A DNA stretch of 64,000 nt, taken from contig OZ218951.1 of assembly GCA_965112735.1 (NCBI GenBank), forward strand, positions 3,782,001-3,846,000, in the 5' to 3' direction. The DNA comes from Phaeosaccion multiseriatum (lineage: Eukaryota > Protista > Ochrophyta, other classes). The notes beneath the pieces are model-generated. The model was not told the origin of the DNA, did not search any database, and worked only from the letters and a program-made list of their open reading frames with translations. This document shows, one piece after another, positions 10,817-22,400 of this stretch (within the stretch, counting starts at the first letter, position 1; every line of letters begins with the position of its first letter). A program made the position numbers and the translations under genes.

Positions 10817-12766
10817 ATGTCTCAAGCAGCCACAGCGCAGCTGGGCCATCTCATTCGGCAAGACACTTGCCCCGGCCTCCCCATCGTCGTGACAGGTCGC
10901 CGATGCACAGGGAAAACGACGGCAGTCAAAGCAGCTGTGGAAGAGAGTAGATGTGTTTCGACGTACGTCAATTGCGCTGCTGGGGTGACCTCGCTGCGTA
11001 TGCTATTTGAAGCGGTGTTGGAGCAGCTAACAAGGCCAGATGTTGGTCTCAAGCGCGGAAAGGAGGGCCACTGGAAGGGGCCTGGGCCGCAAGACTTACT
11101 CAACCACCATGTGAGCTTGGGCTTGCCCGCCAGCCAGTCCCCGCCTTTGCCCTTGGCTGCTTCTGGTGCTTCGCGGGTTCGTAGGAGGCAACAACATTGC
11201 ACTTCCTGGGCCTCCTTTTATAGGCAACTTGTGCAGCTGCTATCCAACTCTCGCTCGGCCAAGGTCTGTTTGGTTTTCGACAATGTGGAGTACCTGGCGA
11301 ACTCTTCGGGCGATTCCAGTGAGACTCACACTCTGAGCAGAATGCTGCAGCTGCCGCATCTGCTTTCAGGAGATGCTCTCTGGGACTCGTCTCTTGGTGA
11401 TTTCGTCCTCTGTCCGATCCTTATCAGCAGTCGCCATAACTTGCTGGCGGATATTCCTTCCGACGTACAGCGTGTGAGCGTGAGCTTCCCTCCGTTGTCA
11501 CCTGAGCAGTGCTGCAGAGTTGTAGGTGGAGACGGCCGCTCACCACACAGTTGCAAGGTCGGCCAGAACCATGCAGGATCTCGTCAGCATACGGAAGAGA
11601 TGTCTTTCGGCGGCGACCTTGCTGGCTGCTCTTCGAGTCATGAAGGGCGGTCGGTCTGTAGCGAAGTGCAAGTGTGGGTGGAGCCACACGTCAAGAGAAT
11701 GCGGCTCGCGCTGGAGGACCACATAGAGAGCATCATGTCCGTGTTTGGTCGCACCACCTGTGATACCCACGAGCTTCGAAGGGTGACCCGCGGACTATGG
11801 TCTTCGAATAGGGCAGTCGTAAGCAGTCAGGCTACTGGGAACAACTCACGGGAGTGTCTATTGCCAGAGACGGGGGCACCTGAGGGGGAGGGCACTTTTG
11901 GGAAGCGATTGGCCTTCCGGAAGCGGAAGATGTGGGACAGAAGAGGACGCACTGCGGCAGCAGCAGCAGCAGCACCAGCAGCAGGAAGTGTGGTTGCGAA
12001 ACTGGGTGCAAAAGGCGCTGTCAGCACGGGGGTGAAGCGCGTGTTCGACCTTTCCCAGCCCGAGTTGGCCCGACTCATGATTAATGCTCTCTACAAAGTG
12101 GATCTGACCCCTGCGGGATTGCAGCAGCAGCAGCCTGCAAGGACATCATCAAGCGTTTCCTCAAGGTCGCCAAGCAGTAGCAGAGCGCAATGTTTTCCAC
12201 GCTTTTCCCAGTTTCTGTTGGTGAGCTCGTACCTGGCGGGACGCAATCCGCGAGACTCGGTAAGTTGCTCACGTAGGTGTGCGATACCCAAACCATTACT
12301 TCACCCCCGCCCCCCCTCCCGTGCGGCCCCTTCTAACATGCCACAGAGCGTAGACAAGGCTCTCTTCACTCCTCATCACGGTGGGAAGAAGAAGAAGCGG
12401 AGAAGCGGAGTAGGTCTGGCGGCAAGTGGCACACAAGGGCATACTGGCAAGAGTAATGAAACTGGCGCCGCAGCGCTGGGGAGCGGCGGCAACGCAACCT
12501 TGCGCCCAGGAGGTTTTGCCTTTAGCCTGGAGCGGCTGCTCAGCATTTTCAACTCCCTCCTGTCGTTCCACTACACGGAAAGAACAGGAAACGTGGACCT
12601 TCCCCATCATATTCGGCACTTGATGGGAAGGAAGCTGCTGAGCCTTGCCCTCGTTCAAGCATCGTGGGACCTGGGACAGCTGCGTTTTGTTAGTCACGTG
12701 GACCACAGCTTGGCGTTGTCCATAGCGGATCGCTTGCACATCCCTCTGTCATCATATTCGATATGA
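10817..12766 (+). CDS. ORC5: Origin recognition complex subunit 5-like AAA+ protein (probable in-frame intron at about 12260-12346)
   Basis: Walker A GRRCTGKT, LVFDNVE, and C-terminal ORC5-like FLLVSSYLAGRNP..D..LF and FSLERLLSIF. Confidence 0.75.
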   Translation: MSQAATAQLGHLIRQDTCPGLPIVVTGRRCTGKTTAVKAAVEESRCVSTYVNCAAGVTSLRMLFEAVLEQLTRPDVGLKRGKEGHWKGPGPQDLLNHHVSLGLPASQSPPLPLAASGASRVRRRQQHCTSWASFYRQLVQLLSNSRSAKVCLVFDNVEYLANSSGDSSETHTLSRMLQLPHLLSGDALWDSSLGDFVLCPILISSRHNLLADIPSDVQRVSVSFPPLSPEQCCRVVGGDGRSPHSCKVGQNHAGSRQHTEEMSFGGDLAGCSSSHEGRSVCSEVQVWVEPHVKRMRLALEDHIESIMSVFGRTTCDTHELRRVTRGLWSSNRAVVSSQATGNNSRECLLPETGAPEGEGTFGKRLAFRKRKMWDRRGRTAAAAAAAPAAGSVVAKLGAKGAVSTGVKRVFDLSQPELARLMINALYKVDLTPAGLQQQQPARTSSSVSSRSPSSSRAQCFPRFSQFLLVSSYLAGRNPRDSVSCSRRCAIPKPLLHPRPPSRAAPSNMPQSVDKALFTPHHGGKKKKRRSGVGLAASGTQGHTGKSNETGAAALGSGGNATLRPGGFAFSLERLLSIFNSLLSFHYTERTGNVDLPHHIRHLMGRKLLSLALVQASWDLGQLRFVSHVDHSLALSIADRLHIPLSSYSI

Positions 12767-12905
12767 GATTAAGATTTTCTCAGTCCACAAAGTTTTTCGA
12801 TTCTATCGACTCGTAAACTCGCTCTGCTCGATAAAGGACATGCCTAATAGTAATTATTCATTCCTCAGTCAAAGCACCAATGAAAAAGCCAATTAAAAAA
12901 GCAAT

Positions 12906-14183
12906 ATGAGCAAAGCAAGCCAGAGCAGTGAGAGATGGCGTCTACTGCGTGACTCTCTGCGCGCATCTCTTCGGCCGGACTACCGGGCGGGTGATGTAGA
13001 CTACAAATTGCCAAACCCGACACACGGATTTGCATTGTTCCCGAGAAGGTAAGGAAAAGGAAGGAAGAGGGTGGATACGGCGGTTGGGAAGTGGTTGGGA
13101 AATGCAGGAGCAGAAGTTTCTTGACGCTCTGTAACTTGGGGTCCCCTCCTCTTCCTCGTCCTTGCAGGAAGGTGGAAGATCAGAATGTGGAGAAGTGCGG
13201 CAACGGTCTTGCAATCTTTGAGTACACCATGCCGTGTGGGGCGAGAGTGTTGACGCGCGAATATGAGAACGGCGCTGCAGCAGGGGGGCGGACGCTGAGC
13301 ATTCAGGTTCGAATTTGGCTCCTTCGGGAGGTCCCCCGGTTCCGAGCCTCCTTGTTCGATATTTCCTTACCGTCAGACCCCTCCCCCCGCAGGAAATCTT
13401 TTCGCACAGACTCCATGGCGTGGACAACACAGGGAATGTGCGCGTGTGGGCCGCGGAGCAAGTGCTGCTCCGTGTGCTGCTGCTCTCTGCGGGAAACGAG
13501 GCAGGCGGGCCAATACCGAGCTGTTGGACAGCAGCCTTTGCCACGCAAAAGTGTCCTGCTGTCTCGGGGAGGCTGCTGGAAATCGGGGCAGGTATGACAG
13601 GGCTAGCGGGGCTTGGAATGGCTGCTGCTGTTGCAAAAGGTGTGGCGCCAACTCTGTCGCAAGTCGTGGTCACCGACGGGAACCCTGACGCAGTCATGAA
13701 TATGGAGAAATGTGTTGAACTTAACCGTGCTGCTGGAGGATTTGGCTGCGAGGTATCTGCTCACAAACTCCTGTGGCAGGCGTCTGCTGGCGCGAACAAA
13801 GGGAAATTCGATATTGTTATAGGGGCTGACTGCCTCTTTTTCAAGGTAGGCTGCTCTGCGCTTTCTCTTCTAGTCGCCACGAATTCGAATGACGATCTCC
13901 TGTCCCTTGATCACTCTCCCAGGATTATCATGCCGATTTGGTCGGTCTCTTGAGGAATCTCTTGACTCGAGAGGGCCTCGTGGTTCTCTGCCAACCGCGG
14001 AGGGGGTCTACCACATCCCTTTTCCTGGCCCAAGCAGAGCCCTACTTTCACTACGTGGAGGTGGACAGCTACGATGAGGAAGTGGGTCGGCTCGACCAGG
14101 ACTACCAAAGAAACGCAGGAGAGAGCTATGACCGGGATATACACTATCCCCTCCTCATCTTGATGCGTCTCAAGCTGCTGTAG
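12906..14183 (+). CDS. CAMKMT: Calmodulin-lysine N-methyltransferase, 4 exons
   Basis: RWRLLR N-terminal motif, DNTGNVRVWAAEQVL, LEIGAGMTGLAGL, VTDGN, FDIVIGADCLFF. Confidence 0.88.
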
Positions 14184-14537
14184 TCCCCTGGTGCTGCTGC
14201 GCCTGCTCCTGCTGCTGCTGTGCTGCTATGGTGGTGCTATTGTGGCGGTGCGCGACCTACTGCTACGCACAAGATGCGAGGTGGCCCTCTTCCCCTCCCA
14301 AGACGCGAGTTGTCCCTTCTGCTCAGCGGGGGAGGTGGGTGGGGTCACAGCGAATGAGCGCGAGCTGCTCGCCCTGCAATTGCTCCTTCGCGCTGCAATG
14401 TTCCTTCACGCACAGTGAAACTACGAAGCGGTCTTTCTTGCGGGCTTCGCGTCTTTTGGGGTCTCCAGTCGGCAACAAGCCAGCCACCGTCCGCGGAAAG
14501 CACGGGGCCGCGTGGGGGGGGGGGCATGGCGCCTTGC

Positions 14538-15327
14538 TCAACCAGGCCCTCGATTCTGAAACTGCACCCATGCGTCTTTCCGATAGAATTGCGGGTCGCC
14601 TAACTTGAAAGCAGCACGCATGTTGGTGACGTACGAGATGGACGCGACTGCGTTGGCGACACGGAGGGGAGAGCGGCACGAAAGAACAAGAGAGAGATCG
14701 TTCATGAGGTTACCGCACTGGTGACGCGTCGGTAACGCTCTTCAATCCCACCTAGCTTGTGAAGAATGGAGAAGGGTGCGTAGGCTGGCAGATCCCAAAT
14801 CTCCCAGATGCCGAGGCCGTCATTCCTGATCATTATCGTCTGTTGAACCCATGCAGGGAGAGAGAAGTGTTTTATTCGGCACCGGCAACACAGAAAACGC
14901 CCACTTCCCCCCGCCATTCTCCCTACTCACCACTTTCGTGCCGTAGATCAACCCAGTCATGAGCAAGTACACGGCATTGACCAGATACGCAGACATGTAT
15001 TGATACACCAAGAGTCCCATGAGACCCACACGGAACGGGTACGTGTCGAACATCATGACAAACAGACTCAGGAAGATGCTGATCTGCACAAACATCTGAA
15101 GCCTGAGGTCCAAGCAGGGCAGGGTAGTGAGTTTCAGAGCATTGAAGACGGGAGGGAGGGGAGGGGATAGGAACGTACCCCAGAATTAAAGCCAGAAGCG
15201 TGTCCCCACTGTTATCTGCTCTTTCATAGTCGTCATACTCGACAGAGCTATTCAGAATGATATCAATGAGAATGAGGAGTATCATCAGGTAGAGCTTCGC
15301 CCGGAACCAGGCATTGTCCAGCGCCAT
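14538..15327 (-). CDS. TMEM138: Transmembrane protein 138 (ciliary), 4 exons
   Basis: TYPFRVGL and KLGDPQFYRKDAW motifs; spliced with canonical introns; TGA at 14540-14538. Confidence 0.85.
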
Positions 15328-15424
15328 AGGGGGGATTGGGAGACGGGGCGTCCTCGCAACGGTCTGGCTAAAAGTAAAGTTTAGGGCCACCCCTTCAAAG
15401 ACCCCTGAAGTCACAGAGAGGACC

Positions 15425-16208
15425 ATGGCGGAGGATAGCGATGCACTGAAAGACTACAAGCTTGTCATCGAGTACCAGCACCTGAAGCAAATGGCACCAG
15501 GAGGCGTGTATGTGATTCCCGCATTCGACGACAATCGGACCTGGTTTGGGGTAATTTTCGTGCGAAGGGGACTTTACAGCAAAGGTAGGTGCAGAAAAAG
15601 TTGTCTCCTCTCCCTCTCTCTCTCTCTATATATATATATTATATATATACATATATCTATCTATCTATTTGTCTCACTCACTTGTTTGTGGGACTGTCTT
15701 TTGCGGGAGATTTGTCTTCTTTGAGATCCTCTCCTTCACTCTCCCCTCCTCCTGTCTTTTGCGTGGGATAGGCATTTTCAAGTTCACCGTGAAGCTGCCA
15801 CCCGAGTATAATGACGTCAACACTTGGCCGCGGGTCACTTTCACTTCTGCGGTACCCTTTAATCCGCTGGTGGACGCCAAAACGGGAGAGCTTGACATCA
15901 AAGCCGGGTTTCCTGTCTGGGACCCCGCGAAGAACTACATGGTGAATGCGCTGGTCTTTGTGAAGAAGATCTTTTACATGAAAGACTTTGACTTGGCGTC
16001 ACCAGTCAACCCCGAGGCGCAAAGACTGTTTCGCACAGACAAGCAAGGTTTCTTGAAGGAGGTGGGCGAGTGTGTGCGCGTATCGCGGGATCGCGTGTAC
16101 CACAATGAGGAGGGAGCATCGCTGAACTTCTCCGAGCCAAAAGCAGCTCATGAGCAACTTCGAGAGTGCATAATGAAGAGGACCTCGGAACCTGGGCCAG
16201 CGGTGTGA
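15425..16208 (+). CDS. AKTIP: AKT-interacting protein/FTS, inactive E2 variant, 2 exons
   Basis: PGGVYVIP..TWFGVIFVRRGLYSKGIFKF; NPLVDAKTGELDI has Asp at the catalytic Cys position. The intron contains a (TC)n(TA)n microsatellite. Confidence 0.85.
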
Positions 16209-16271
16209 TGGTCCTGCCTGTCCTCGATCGGCTGCCAGGTATTCAGGTAAAGAGGGGGGGGATGGTGGTCT

Positions 16272-18317
16272 TCAACCCCACCAGCCTCTTTTGGTCTTCT
16301 TCTTCTTCTTCTTCACATCAGCGTCGCTGCTTCTCGGTGGCGTTGCTTCCTTTTCCCCGCCGCGGTTCTCTTCTCCCTTCACTACTTTTCTCGCCTGCTT
16401 GTCATTATCTTCCTCCCTCTGCTGTGCCTCCCCCCCCTCCTTCTCCTCGTCCTCCTCCCCGTCGTCGTCTGCCCCCCCCTCCGCCTCCTCCTTTCCCCTG
16501 TCTTGTCCGTGCTGATCCTCCTTCTTCTCTCCCCTCTGCTGATGCTTCTCTTGCCCTTCCCTGTCCCCCTGCTGATCCTTCTGCTGATGCTCCTGCCCCC
16601 CCCCCTGCTGCTGCTGTGGTGGTGTTTCGCGTCTCGCTTGGCTGCATGAAGAAGAGCCTCCTGTCCCCGCGGACGGCCCGTCAAGGATATTTTCAAACAA
16701 CTCTGCAGCCTCGCAGAATGATGGGCCGACAACGCTGAGAGAAAGCCCCTCCCCCACTCGGAGCTTGTCGCGCAATCTGGGCATTACCTGCTCGAACCTT
16801 TCTTGCAAGGCATGCACGCTTATGAACGGGCCTTGGCTCTTCAAGACTGCTTGCATCCCTTCAAAACTGTTGCAAGCGCAGAGGGGATCCTGGAGGATGG
16901 AAATCGTCATGCCCGCCAATAGGGGTATTACAATCTCAAATCCTGCAATGACCGCTTGATCCCAGGCAAACAGGCACGCCTCTCCGCTGACCCACCCTAC
17001 CAAGGCTTGCCGCACCAGTGGGCCAAGCAGAGAAGCTAGGGCCTCACAGCTCGCAGCTGCAGGAGCAGCCGTCTTTTCGGCGGGAGCAGCACCCTCTATT
17101 GCGACAGTAGTGGCAGTGTTGCTTTGGGAAGAACGCTTCGCCGCCCCCGCCCTCTTTTGATGTAGTTTCGAAATGTGCCCCGTTAAAATGGAGTTGACTG
17201 AGTCGTGCACAACGCTACCCCATACTCGCCAATGCGTCGCACAAAGCTGGAGAGGGCCATCGCGGCTCTCCAAAAGGGCCTCGAAAGTCTCGACCAGTGC
17301 AGGCAGCACTTGGGACGATGAAGTGTAGCCTCTCGCCGCGGAAATATTCGGGGTCTCTACAACAGCCACAGCAGCGGCGGCACTAGCCCCCAACCCCCCG
17401 CCCAAATCTCCTCCTTCCGCGCCAACGACCCGTAGCAATGGAACTACCCAATAGTAGGCCTCCTCTGGCAAGCGCACATCAACGTTGCTGGACGTTTCGT
17501 GGTAGGACAAGACGGTCTTCATGAGGATGAGGACGTGGTTGTTGCAGGGTATGATTTTGCTGGCCTGAACGCGGCCCATTTCAAGCAGGGCTTGACACCG
17601 CTGCGAAATACTCACATCTTTGCGAGATATGATTGCAGCTTGATCCTTGGCGGACAGGATTTCAAAGCCTCTCCGCGCTTTGGTGTGCTGCAATACTCGC
17701 CTCCAAACAGAAGGCTGGAGTCGCGCAGGCAGAGCCCTGCCAAGAAAGAGGCGGAGAGCAGCCTGTGGACCGCTTCTGTCTAGCAGACAGGAGACGCCGC
17801 TCTCCGCCGACCTCAAAATCTCCTGTAAAAACAGCGCCTCTTCCGATCCAGCAGCCACCAGAGCCGCGGTTGAGTCGCTGGCAAGCTTCCTTCTGGTGGC
17901 CAAGGCCACATTCAAGCCCGCCCCTGCTGCCGTAGCAGGCTCAGTCTTACCCTCGTCCACGCTCCGTAACGTTGCCACTCTCCTACGCGCTTCTCGACTA
18001 ATGGCCTCGTCGATTACCCTGCTAAACTGCCACTCGAAGGCCCGATAGATCCTGGAGGCCCCGTTCGCCTCCCTGGCCATCTCATGATGCACGCCCTCAC
18101 AAAGCGCCATTAGTTCCGCATCATCAAGCCGCCCCAAATCTCCGCTGTTCCGCGTCTCTGAAAGCTGCCTGAAGACCTCAGAGCAGAGCAAGTCCCACAC
18201 GGGAGACGATTTGATGCAGCTGCTCGCGTCCTCTACCCAATCCTCCATGGAAAAATGAAAAATGCATCCTCCAAAGGTGTAACGAAAATCCGACGGCATT
18301 TTCCTTCCTTCCTTCAT
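16272..18317 (-). CDS. Intronless 681-aa protein with degenerate TBC/RabGAP-like fold and charged low-complexity tail
   Basis: Long ORF. LPARLQPSVWRRVL and ACLFAWDQAVIAG...LCACNSFEGMQAVL resemble TBC helical motifs, but no IxxDxxR or YxQ is seen. Confidence 0.55.
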   Translation of the reverse strand: MKEGRKMPSDFRYTFGGCIFHFSMEDWVEDASSCIKSSPVWDLLCSEVFRQLSETRNSGDLGRLDDAELMALCEGVHHEMAREANGASRIYRAFEWQFSRVIDEAISREARRRVATLRSVDEGKTEPATAAGAGLNVALATRRKLASDSTAALVAAGSEEALFLQEILRSAESGVSCLLDRSGPQAALRLFLGRALPARLQPSVWRRVLQHTKARRGFEILSAKDQAAIISRKDVSISQRCQALLEMGRVQASKIIPCNNHVLILMKTVLSYHETSSNVDVRLPEEAYYWVVPLLRVVGAEGGDLGGGLGASAAAAVAVVETPNISAARGYTSSSQVLPALVETFEALLESRDGPLQLCATHWRVWGSVVHDSVNSILTGHISKLHQKRAGAAKRSSQSNTATTVAIEGAAPAEKTAAPAAASCEALASLLGPLVRQALVGWVSGEACLFAWDQAVIAGFEIVIPLLAGMTISILQDPLCACNSFEGMQAVLKSQGPFISVHALQERFEQVMPRLRDKLRVGEGLSLSVVGPSFCEAAELFENILDGPSAGTGGSSSCSQARRETPPQQQQGGGQEHQQKDQQGDREGQEKHQQRGEKKEDQHGQDRGKEEAEGGADDDGEEDEEKEGGEAQQREEDNDKQARKVVKGEENRGGEKEATPPRSSDADVKKKKKKTKRGWWG

Positions 18318-18497
18318 TTTTTAGACTCGTACAAGGTGGTGCTTCGGGCTGCGCCCTCGGCAGGGTGGAGGAGGAGGAGAGAAGAGGGTTGGAGTTGGCA
18401 AGAAGTGGGAGAAGGGAGAGTGGAGGAGAGGAATAGACTCGTAATAATCTACCAAAATCAGAAAGGGGGGGTCGGATGAGAAGGAGAACCCCCCCAA

Positions 18498-19385
18498 ATG
18501 GCTGTTGTTGCTCTCAGCCCCACCAGAGTCCGAGAACTTGTTACGGCGAAGGGCACGAATGAAGGAAGAAGGGCGCCCACCTTGAGGGGGGGCGGCCCCC
18601 CTAGAGATGAGATTGACGACGACTTGTTTGGGTACGAGAGCGAAGAAGAGCCAGAGCACGATGGTAGCGGGGGTCAGGCTTGTGCCAGATCAACCACTGA
18701 CACTGAGTGGGCAGCTGCTCTCCCTGAGGAAAGTCCCCTGCGACCAACGATGACTGCGAAAGTTCTGGTTCTGGGCGACACGAGGTGCGGCAAGACCTCG
18801 ATTATCAAGAGGTGGGTTCGAGATACATTCTCTGCCGCTTACGGCACGACTCTTGGAGCGGACTACTTCAAGAAGGACATAATCGTCCGCTCGCGCTGCA
18901 TTCGCTTCCAGATCTGGGATATTGCAGGACAGGATCGCTTCAAAAAGATCACAAGGGGGGTTTATAAGCGTGCGTTGGGAGCGATAGTTGTGTGCGACGT
19001 CACGCGGGAAGGCACCTTTGACTCCGTGGCGGAGTGGAAGAGTGAACTCGACGCGTGGCGGCTGATGGAACAAGATCGCGGCCTCTCATCGCAGAGTTTT
19101 GTTGTACACTTGGTGGCGAATAAGATTGACTTGTTGGAGGGAGATGCTCAGGACTCGGCTCTTCTTGGCGCGCGTCTCCAACGAATGGCCCAAGAGCACG
19201 GCTTTTCAGGATGGCACATAGTTTCTGCCAAAAACAGTTTCAATCTTGCCGCAGCGATGGAGATTATCCTCAGCGACGTCATATTATCCCAGGCGCCTTC
19301 CTCCTCTGCCCGGGAGCAGAGTGGCGATAGCTTCAAGCTTACTCCGCACGCATCTTTCGGAGAAAGGAAAGGGTGCTGTGTATGA
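18498..19385 (+). CDS. RAB32: Rab32/38-family small GTPase with N-terminal extension
   Basis: GDTRCGKTS, WDIAGQDRF (WDIAGQ is typical of Rab29/32/38), NKID, SAK, C-terminal GCCV. Confidence 0.8.
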   Translation: MAVVALSPTRVRELVTAKGTNEGRRAPTLRGGGPPRDEIDDDLFGYESEEEPEHDGSGGQACARSTTDTEWAAALPEESPLRPTMTAKVLVLGDTRCGKTSIIKRWVRDTFSAAYGTTLGADYFKKDIIVRSRCIRFQIWDIAGQDRFKKITRGVYKRALGAIVVCDVTREGTFDSVAEWKSELDAWRLMEQDRGLSSQSFVVHLVANKIDLLEGDAQDSALLGARLQRMAQEHGFSGWHIVSAKNSFNLAAAMEIILSDVILSQAPSSSAREQSGDSFKLTPHASFGERKGCCV

Positions 19386-19407
19386 TACAGTGGTCGGGCA
19401 TGATCTC

Positions 19408-22400
19408 TCATGGCCTGCCCCCGAGAAGCGCAGCCGCTGCCCTCACATCCCCGCCGCAAGTGTTGAGCGCAGCCAAGGCATCATCTCCGCTGAACCCCAT
19501 GTCCTGTAGTTGTGCAAGTTGCGAGTCTCTCCCACTGTCCAGAATCTGGGACTGGGCTCCTTGCTGCTGCCTGTCTAGAGCCGCTAGTCTAGCAGCTCTT
19601 TCACGCTCCGGGTCTCTCGCCATGGCCCCCGTGCTTAGGGAATGGCCAGCGCCAGTGAAAGCCTGTTGTAAGCCGGGGGACGGGCGGGGGGGGCGTAACA
19701 AGGCTCAATACAAATACACAATTTTCCACTCTGGCTTCTCTCACACTTTTCGTCACCTTGCTCATCTCATCTTGTGGTGGTTGCTGGGATGGTTGCTGCT
19801 GCGGTGGCCGCTGCTGCTGTTGCTGCTGCCCTCCGAAAAGACTGTAGTGCGCAATTTGAAACAATCACATTTGGAGTAAGCATTTACTTGACAACGAAAG
19901 ACACTTACAAATGTAGAGGTTTAGTACTCACCCACCCAGCCCTCCCCCTCCTTGTTGGCTCGGATGATCCGCCGGGGCATTCACCGGTAGCCACGCGTCT
20001 CTCCCTAACGAGGCGGAGCCCACGATAAATCCCTCCCTTTGCGAGAAGTGGGAGAGGCATCCGCTTTCCCACCCATTCAGACGGGCTTGAGAGGGTCTCA
20101 CTGCGTCAAGCTGGATGTGACAGTGAGTGCATGAGTGGGTGGGTGAAAGAGAAACGTGTTTCGCAAGCGGTGAAGCACTTTGGCATGGAGGGGCACTCGT
20201 AAAGGCTTCCAGTGGAGAAGAGTAGCATTTCCTTTCCAACCTACCTTTCCAAGCGAGTACGCATAGCCCAGAGCAAGGGAGATGCATAGATCAAATCGCA
20301 GCCCTCCGCCAACAAGGCTGAACATGGCCGTTAGGGCACAGGGGTAGTACTTGCTTGGGATCTGGTGGGGAGGCAAGTGGGTGGAGAGAGGGAGGGCGAC
20401 GCAAGCAGGCGGGGCGGTTCACTCAAAACTAGAGATACCAGAAAGGGCACATCCAAAATATAACGCACCGTGCATGGGAAGCAGAACAATCTTCTCGGCT
20501 CCTCCGGATTGCCCATGCTCTCAATGGCAATGAGGGCAATGAGAATCTGGGGATTGGCGTAAAGGAAGGAAGGCACGTGGACAGACATATGGGCAGGCAC
20601 CAAACAGAAAGGAGAGTTACACAGTGTGCTTCGCGTCGAAGTTGAAGAGGATGAGCGAGGGCTCCCTCCTCCTAATATCTGCAGCAGTCCTGCTTACATT
20701 CCAAAAGCCCTCCATAGACATGGCGGCCGCAGAAGTGTTCCCCAGCATAAAGAAGGTCTGTGCGAGACAGAGAAAGAGAGTGTTGCCCAACAGATCGATG
20801 AGGAGTACCAACGCCAGCAAGCCTGTCGAGCCTGGTTTTGCACAATTGCTCGCGTCGTTTAGTGCACACTAAATAATGCAAGCGCGCCCTCTCGTAGTAA
20901 GGGCATTTATGTCACTTACCATGCGCAGCCTCGAGTCGAGGACCTATTTGGTTGAAGCTCATGAGACTGAATACAACACTGATGAAGCCGCTGGTGTATA
21001 ATCCCTGTTCCCGTTTCGAAACATAACGAACAAGGGATGTTAGGCACGTATGCTTGGATGGAATTGGATTCCATCCTTGGAACGCACCGCAGTTAGCAGA
21101 CGGTAGAGCTCCAGCCGGAAGACCGTAGCACCAAGATTATTGGAGAGCACGTCGTCCACTGGAATGAAAAGCGACACGACCCAACCCACCACAGTTCCAA
21201 CCATGATCGCCCTTGAAGTGAAGGGCGTTTTCGCAGCCCAGCCTCCGTAGCTGGGAGGAAGGGAGAAAGAGAAGAAGAAGAAGAAGAAGAAGAAGAAGAA
21301 GAAGAAGAAGAAGAAGAAGAAGAAGAAGAAGAAGAAGAAGAAGAAGAAGAAGAAGAAGAAGAAGAAGAAGAAGAAGAAGAAGAAGAAGAAGAAGAAGAAG
21401 AAGAAGAAGAAGAAGAAGAAGAAGAAGAAGAAGAAGAAGAAGAGCAGGAGTACGAGTGAGAGAGGGAGGATGAAGGAGGGAGAGGGAGAGGAGGAGGAGG
21501 AGGAGGAGGAGGAGGAGGGGGAGGAGGAGGAGGAGGAGGAGGAGGAGGAGGAGGAGGAGGAGGAACAGGAGCAGGATGAGCAGGAGGAGGAGTGAGGGGG
21601 AGGAGGGAGAGGGGAAGGAGGGGGAGGAGGGGGACGGGAAGGAAGAGGAGGAGGGGGAGGAGGAGGAGGAGGAGGAGGAGGAGGAGGAGGAGGAGGAGGA
21701 GGGGAAGGAGACGGAGGAAAGAGGAGGAGCAGTAGGAGGAGGATTGAGAGAGGGTGGAGAGAGACAGCAAGGAGGAGGAGGAGGAGAGCAAGGGAAGAGC
21801 AGGAGGAGCAGGAGCAGGAGGAAGAGGAGGAGGAGGAGGAGGAGGAGGAGGAGGAGGAGGAGGGGGGGGAGAGCAAGTGAAGGAGCCGGAGAGGGAGGAG
21901 GAGGAGGAGGAGGAGGAGGAGGAGGAGGAGGAGGAGGAGGAGGAGCAGGAGAAGGAGGAGGAGGAGGAGGAGGACGAGGAGGAGGAGGACGAGGAGGAGA
22001 AGGAAGAGGAGGAGGAGGAGGAGGAGGAGGAGGAGGAGGAGGAGGAGAAGGGGTGAGAGAGAGGGAGACGGGAAGGAGAGGGGGGGGAGGAAGAGTAGCG
22101 AGAGACGGAGGAGAGAAAGGGAAAGGAGGAGGAAGAGAGCAAGGGGAAGAGCAGGACGAGGAGGAGGGCGAGGAGGAGGAGGAGTTAGAGAGGGAGGGAG
22201 AGGGGAAGGAGAGGGAGGGGAGCAAGAGGAGGAGGAGTTAGAGAGGGAGGGAGAGGGGAAGGAGGAGGAGGAGGAGGAGGAGGAGGAGGAGGAGGACGGG
22301 GTGAGGGAGGAGGAGGAGGAGGAGGAGGAGCAGGAGGCGGAGGCGGAGGCGAAGGATGATGATGATGATGAGGAGGAGGAGGAGGAGGAAAGGGATGAGG

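Noticed and set aside
14184-14537. ORFs between CAMKMT and TMEM138
   Set aside because: Low-complexity with no homology cues; likely 3'UTRs.
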